A DNA stretch of 64,000 nucleotides from Octopus sinensis (Eukaryota): positions 171,802,001-171,866,000 of the forward strand of contig NC_042999.1 of the NCBI RefSeq assembly GCF_006345805.1, written 5' to 3'. The notes beneath the pieces were generated by a model. It ran no database searches. It was not told where the DNA came from and saw nothing but the letters and a program-made list of their open reading frames with translations. Positions 60,279 through 64,000 of this stretch are shown one piece after another. Position 1 is the first letter of the stretch, and each line of letters begins with the position of its first letter. The position numbers and the translations under genes were made by a program.

Positions 60279-62189
60279 CCTAATCATAATGTTTCATGTA
60301 TGCATTATTCATTTAACTTTAGAATATTCTCCTCTATTTCAAATTAATTACGATGCATTTATAGATGTCTGTAATAAGCTATGAGTCGTATTGTGGAAGG
60401 CAAATGCTCCTTATAGTGAGATTTGAAATGAGGTATAAGCGAGTTTCTCTAGATAAAGACGAGACAGTATATGAATGTATGAATTATTCAGTAGATTATA
60501 GTATTTCAGGAAAAACCTTTTATATTAATCCAGTACGAATAATTCAAGTATTGCGTGATTAAGGCGCATTTGTTTTAATGAATATTCTTAAACGTTATGA
60601 AATGTAACGCAATATATTAGATAAAATTATTTGTAACTTACAATATACACATCCTTGCATAGAGACAAACATTTTCAGAGATAGTTTTGTACTTTGACAT
60701 GTGACAAAAATTGTTTTATTGTAACACAAAAGTGGTATAGTCTCTGCAACTGCACATAGAGATTTTAACTCTGAATCAGACAGGATTTCAGCCATAGATT
60801 AATATGGGTACTGCATTCATGGTGATGCAGTTTATGCAATGAGAATGAAGTGATCTCTTCAGGAACCCAACCGGTACTAGTTATGTGACGATCTTCGGTT
60901 GCACACATACTGGTTAGGTCTGCAGTTAATTCTTGAAAAGTGCCACATCAAGCTGTAAGTTGTTTAAGGGTCTTCTACGGATTTATTACAAAATTAAGCC
61001 ATCAGATTTTCTTTGACAACTCGATATCTGTGGTCCTTAAACATGGACTACAAACTATACCAAATACTTTTAACCCGGCTCCTGTGTAATATTATGCACG
61101 CCCGCTGTTCCTTGTGTTACGTTATTGATCTATAGATCAAAATAATAAATATTTGAATAAGTTCCTATACACAATCTGTTTATTTTCCAAGGCTGAAATT
61201 ACAATTGAACAAAAGCTAAACAAACATGTTGACATACGCAGAAAACATTTAAATACCAACTTAAGGGACAAATAGCGGTGGAGATTAAACAAAACGCAGC
61301 TACAGTTAAACCAAATGGAAAATGGAGAGATAGATTGAAACACACAAATATGTAGCTAGTTACAGCTGTACATGTGTACGGATGAGTAATAGGAAAAGAC
61401 ATATCTTTATATTATATAATTTATGTAAACGAGTTTCCATACAATGGAATCTGAAGTGACCGCAAAGAAGATTGTATGTATCTATGCATATGGTTTGAAA
61501 TGCCGTTAAAATAATATAATTTTATAGCCCACTCAAATATATTGAGAAAAGAATTCCATTTTAAAAATAAGATAGAAATAAAATATTTTTCAAAGAATTT
61601 GAAGAAGAGAAGAAATATTGCAGTTGATGTAAATTGAAATTATCTCAGAAATAGACTACTGCGAAGAACTTGATCTGTGCTGCTGGCAAAATAGTTTTAT
61701 CTCCATTTACTAATTGGATTTAATTTAGCTGCCTTGTCTGATATCAGCGTAGCGTTTGATGAGATGCAGAAAAAATATAGTAACAGCTAAACAAAAGAAA
61801 AAAATAACCTCATCAATTTAATTTTCCATGGAATGAAAAAATACAAGCGTTTCAAGGAACAAAAGAATATATAACATATTCTAAGGAACAAAATTTCAAC
61901 TTTTTCGATTTCTATTGGTTATTGCCATTTATTAGAGTGTGTTCCGACTATGTACGTTCTAAGTTCAAATCTTTCCAATGTTGGCAACGCTTCTCTTCCT
62001 AATATCATCGACAAATTAAGAGAGAGAACTTGCAGTAGATGGGTTAATCGGTTACATTTACTTTAGTTTTTGATCGGTTCTCTAATCTATACAATGGTTT
62101 AACCCAAACAGCCGATGTTCGAGGCTTTTATTAATGATTTTACATTGAAATGCATGCATGCATGTGTATGGACAAGCGTTTCTAATTCT

Positions 62190-62400
62190 AAAATAAATAT
62201 CGGGTTCAAATTTTGACACGAGCCCGGTAAATCTATAATATCGATCACTATATTCAATTGGTACTTATTTTATTGACCCCGAAAAGATGAAAAGCAAAGT
62301 CGACCACAGCGTAAATTGAAACTAGAATGCAAAATCGAAAGAAATGCCGCAAAGCATTTTGATGGCGCAGTAATTATTCTGCCAGGTTACCGCCTAATAG
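62190..62400 (-). mobile_element. Decayed family-2 SINE
   Basis: GACCCCGAAAAGATGAAAAGCAAAGTCGACC matches GATCCCGAAAGGATGAAAAGAAAAGTCGACC at 58847. Confidence 0.7.
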
Positions 62401-64000
62401 TAGGACAAAATATTTCTATGATTTACGCGACTGTCGAGTTTTGAAATGAAATATCTTTTGCTTTACCTCTACCATTTATCATTCCCAGCGGTGACAATAA
62501 ATATGGGTATCAATCGATTTAATTGACTATTCTCTTCTACTAAAATCTGTAGTCTTTTTATCCCCAGTTAGACGTTATTATATTTATTGGAATTAGAACG
62601 AACAGCAGAATTCCAGGAAAGTAGAGTGCCGGGTTAAATGTTTTCCAATATTTACAAATATGGTTGTTCCTAAATTGATTGGGTTTCTGATGATATCTGT
62701 GGCTTCTATGAATTGAATAACAATTATCTACAGGGAGGAATTAAAATTATTTCCACTGCCTTAAAATTTGTAATCGTATGTCTATGTGAAATATTACTAT
62801 ATTGGAAATATTCCCAAGAAAGAATATACGTAATGAAGTATCTTTAAACATTTTCCTATTATAATCTAACAAGGTTGATTTAAACCTTATAGTTATTCTT
62901 TGTGTAGTAGATAATATATCGGTGAAATATCAGGGTCAACTCAAACGACTGTAATCTTCTCTTCAGGTGTTTGGGTATTTCCTCCTTGGATTGTTTTAGT
63001 AGTTTGATCAATGCGGTACAACACCAGATAGAATATAGAAATGTTGTTGTCATACTTCTGGGTAGATCTCATAAAAATTGTTACTGTAAGTGATATGAAA
63101 TATTTATTTCTCTTGCTCGAATAACACCTCCTATGCACATCTGAATAATGATAACAAGTCATAGCGAATTGAGATGTGGAACTTTGTAATTATATATTTA
63201 TAAACTGTGTTAAAGATTATTGACACTTACGTTTCAATATTTTAGCTGTAGATATAAATCTAATTTTTTTCTCACTGTTTAGGCTAGTCGTTTCATATTT
63301 TATAATAGAAAAAAAACAATGTGTACGTGTGTGTGTGTGAGTGTGTGTGCGGGTGGTCGGGCGAGTTGTAACGAAATCAATGGGATTGTTTTGATTAAAA
63401 TTAATTGCAAACAGAAGTCTACAGTTAGTATAGGAAGAATCCGCATTATTGGTCAAAGCCATAGCAATGTCATTCATTTCATTCAGAGAAAATTCAGAAA
63501 TATATTATGAAGAATAATTACTTAGTTAAAATCCATGACGTTTCTAAAGTGAAATTCTCCTTTAAACAATGTCGCGTTACTTTTAACATATTTAATGCAG
63601 AACGTATTAAACAGATAATTTGAAACAATTTACGACGAAGAAAAGATATCAAATATTAATAAAATTATTATGGGTAGTAAGAGAGACGACGCCAAAAATT
63701 TCTGGGGTTATATGACTTCATCAAAGAACTATAAACTTCATTTTAATTAGCAAAGTTGTGATGGTAAAGTCACAAAGAAATTATATGCTAACATAAACTG
63801 AAATAAAAAATAAAAAAAGAATTTTCAGATAAAAGTTATTTAGAGATAAAACAATCCGGAAAACATCATTAAATTTTAATATGATTAGTGTGGTAAGAGT
63901 GCAAGAAGTAAAATCGAGATTTTCTTTTAAATTTAACTGAACAATTGTCCTTATTGCAGATGATGGCGTCACTGAAAGATTTGGGAATTATATTAAATAA

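Noticed and set aside
59796-60795. ORFs of 98 aa (59796-60092) and 66 aa (60595-60795)
   Set aside because: Lengths are within chance expectation, with no motif and no good splice or promoter context.

Overview
AT-rich, microsatellite-dense animal genomic DNA with one 100-N assembly gap (33577-33676). The SINE families, (TA)n/(GT)n/(GAA)n load and TE mix suggest a cephalopod, probably Octopus (inference from recalled repeat families, not a database search). I cannot identify any host protein-coding gene with confidence, and most ORF-track entries are translated microsatellites. The interpretable content is transposon-derived: a degenerate near-full-length R4/Dong-type RLE LINE (4360-7633), a Tx1/L1 remnant, a full-length decayed DD34D mariner, a DD41D Tc1/mariner remnant, two non-autonomous Helitrons with intact termini, MITEs, three tRNA-derived SINE families and about eight Penelope-like (PLE) fragments from at least two clades. 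Many PLE termini carry minimal hammerhead-ribozyme-like motifs. Unusual structures are an ~850-bp near-perfect palindrome (47498-48349, probably an assembly fold-back), a ~1.2-kb inverted repeat bracketing a PLE (51915-56795) and two 98%-identical tail-less SINEs in opposite orientation. I did not find a clearly new biological system. The best leads are the ribozyme-bearing ORF-less PLE termini and a young Naiad-like PLE cut by the gap.
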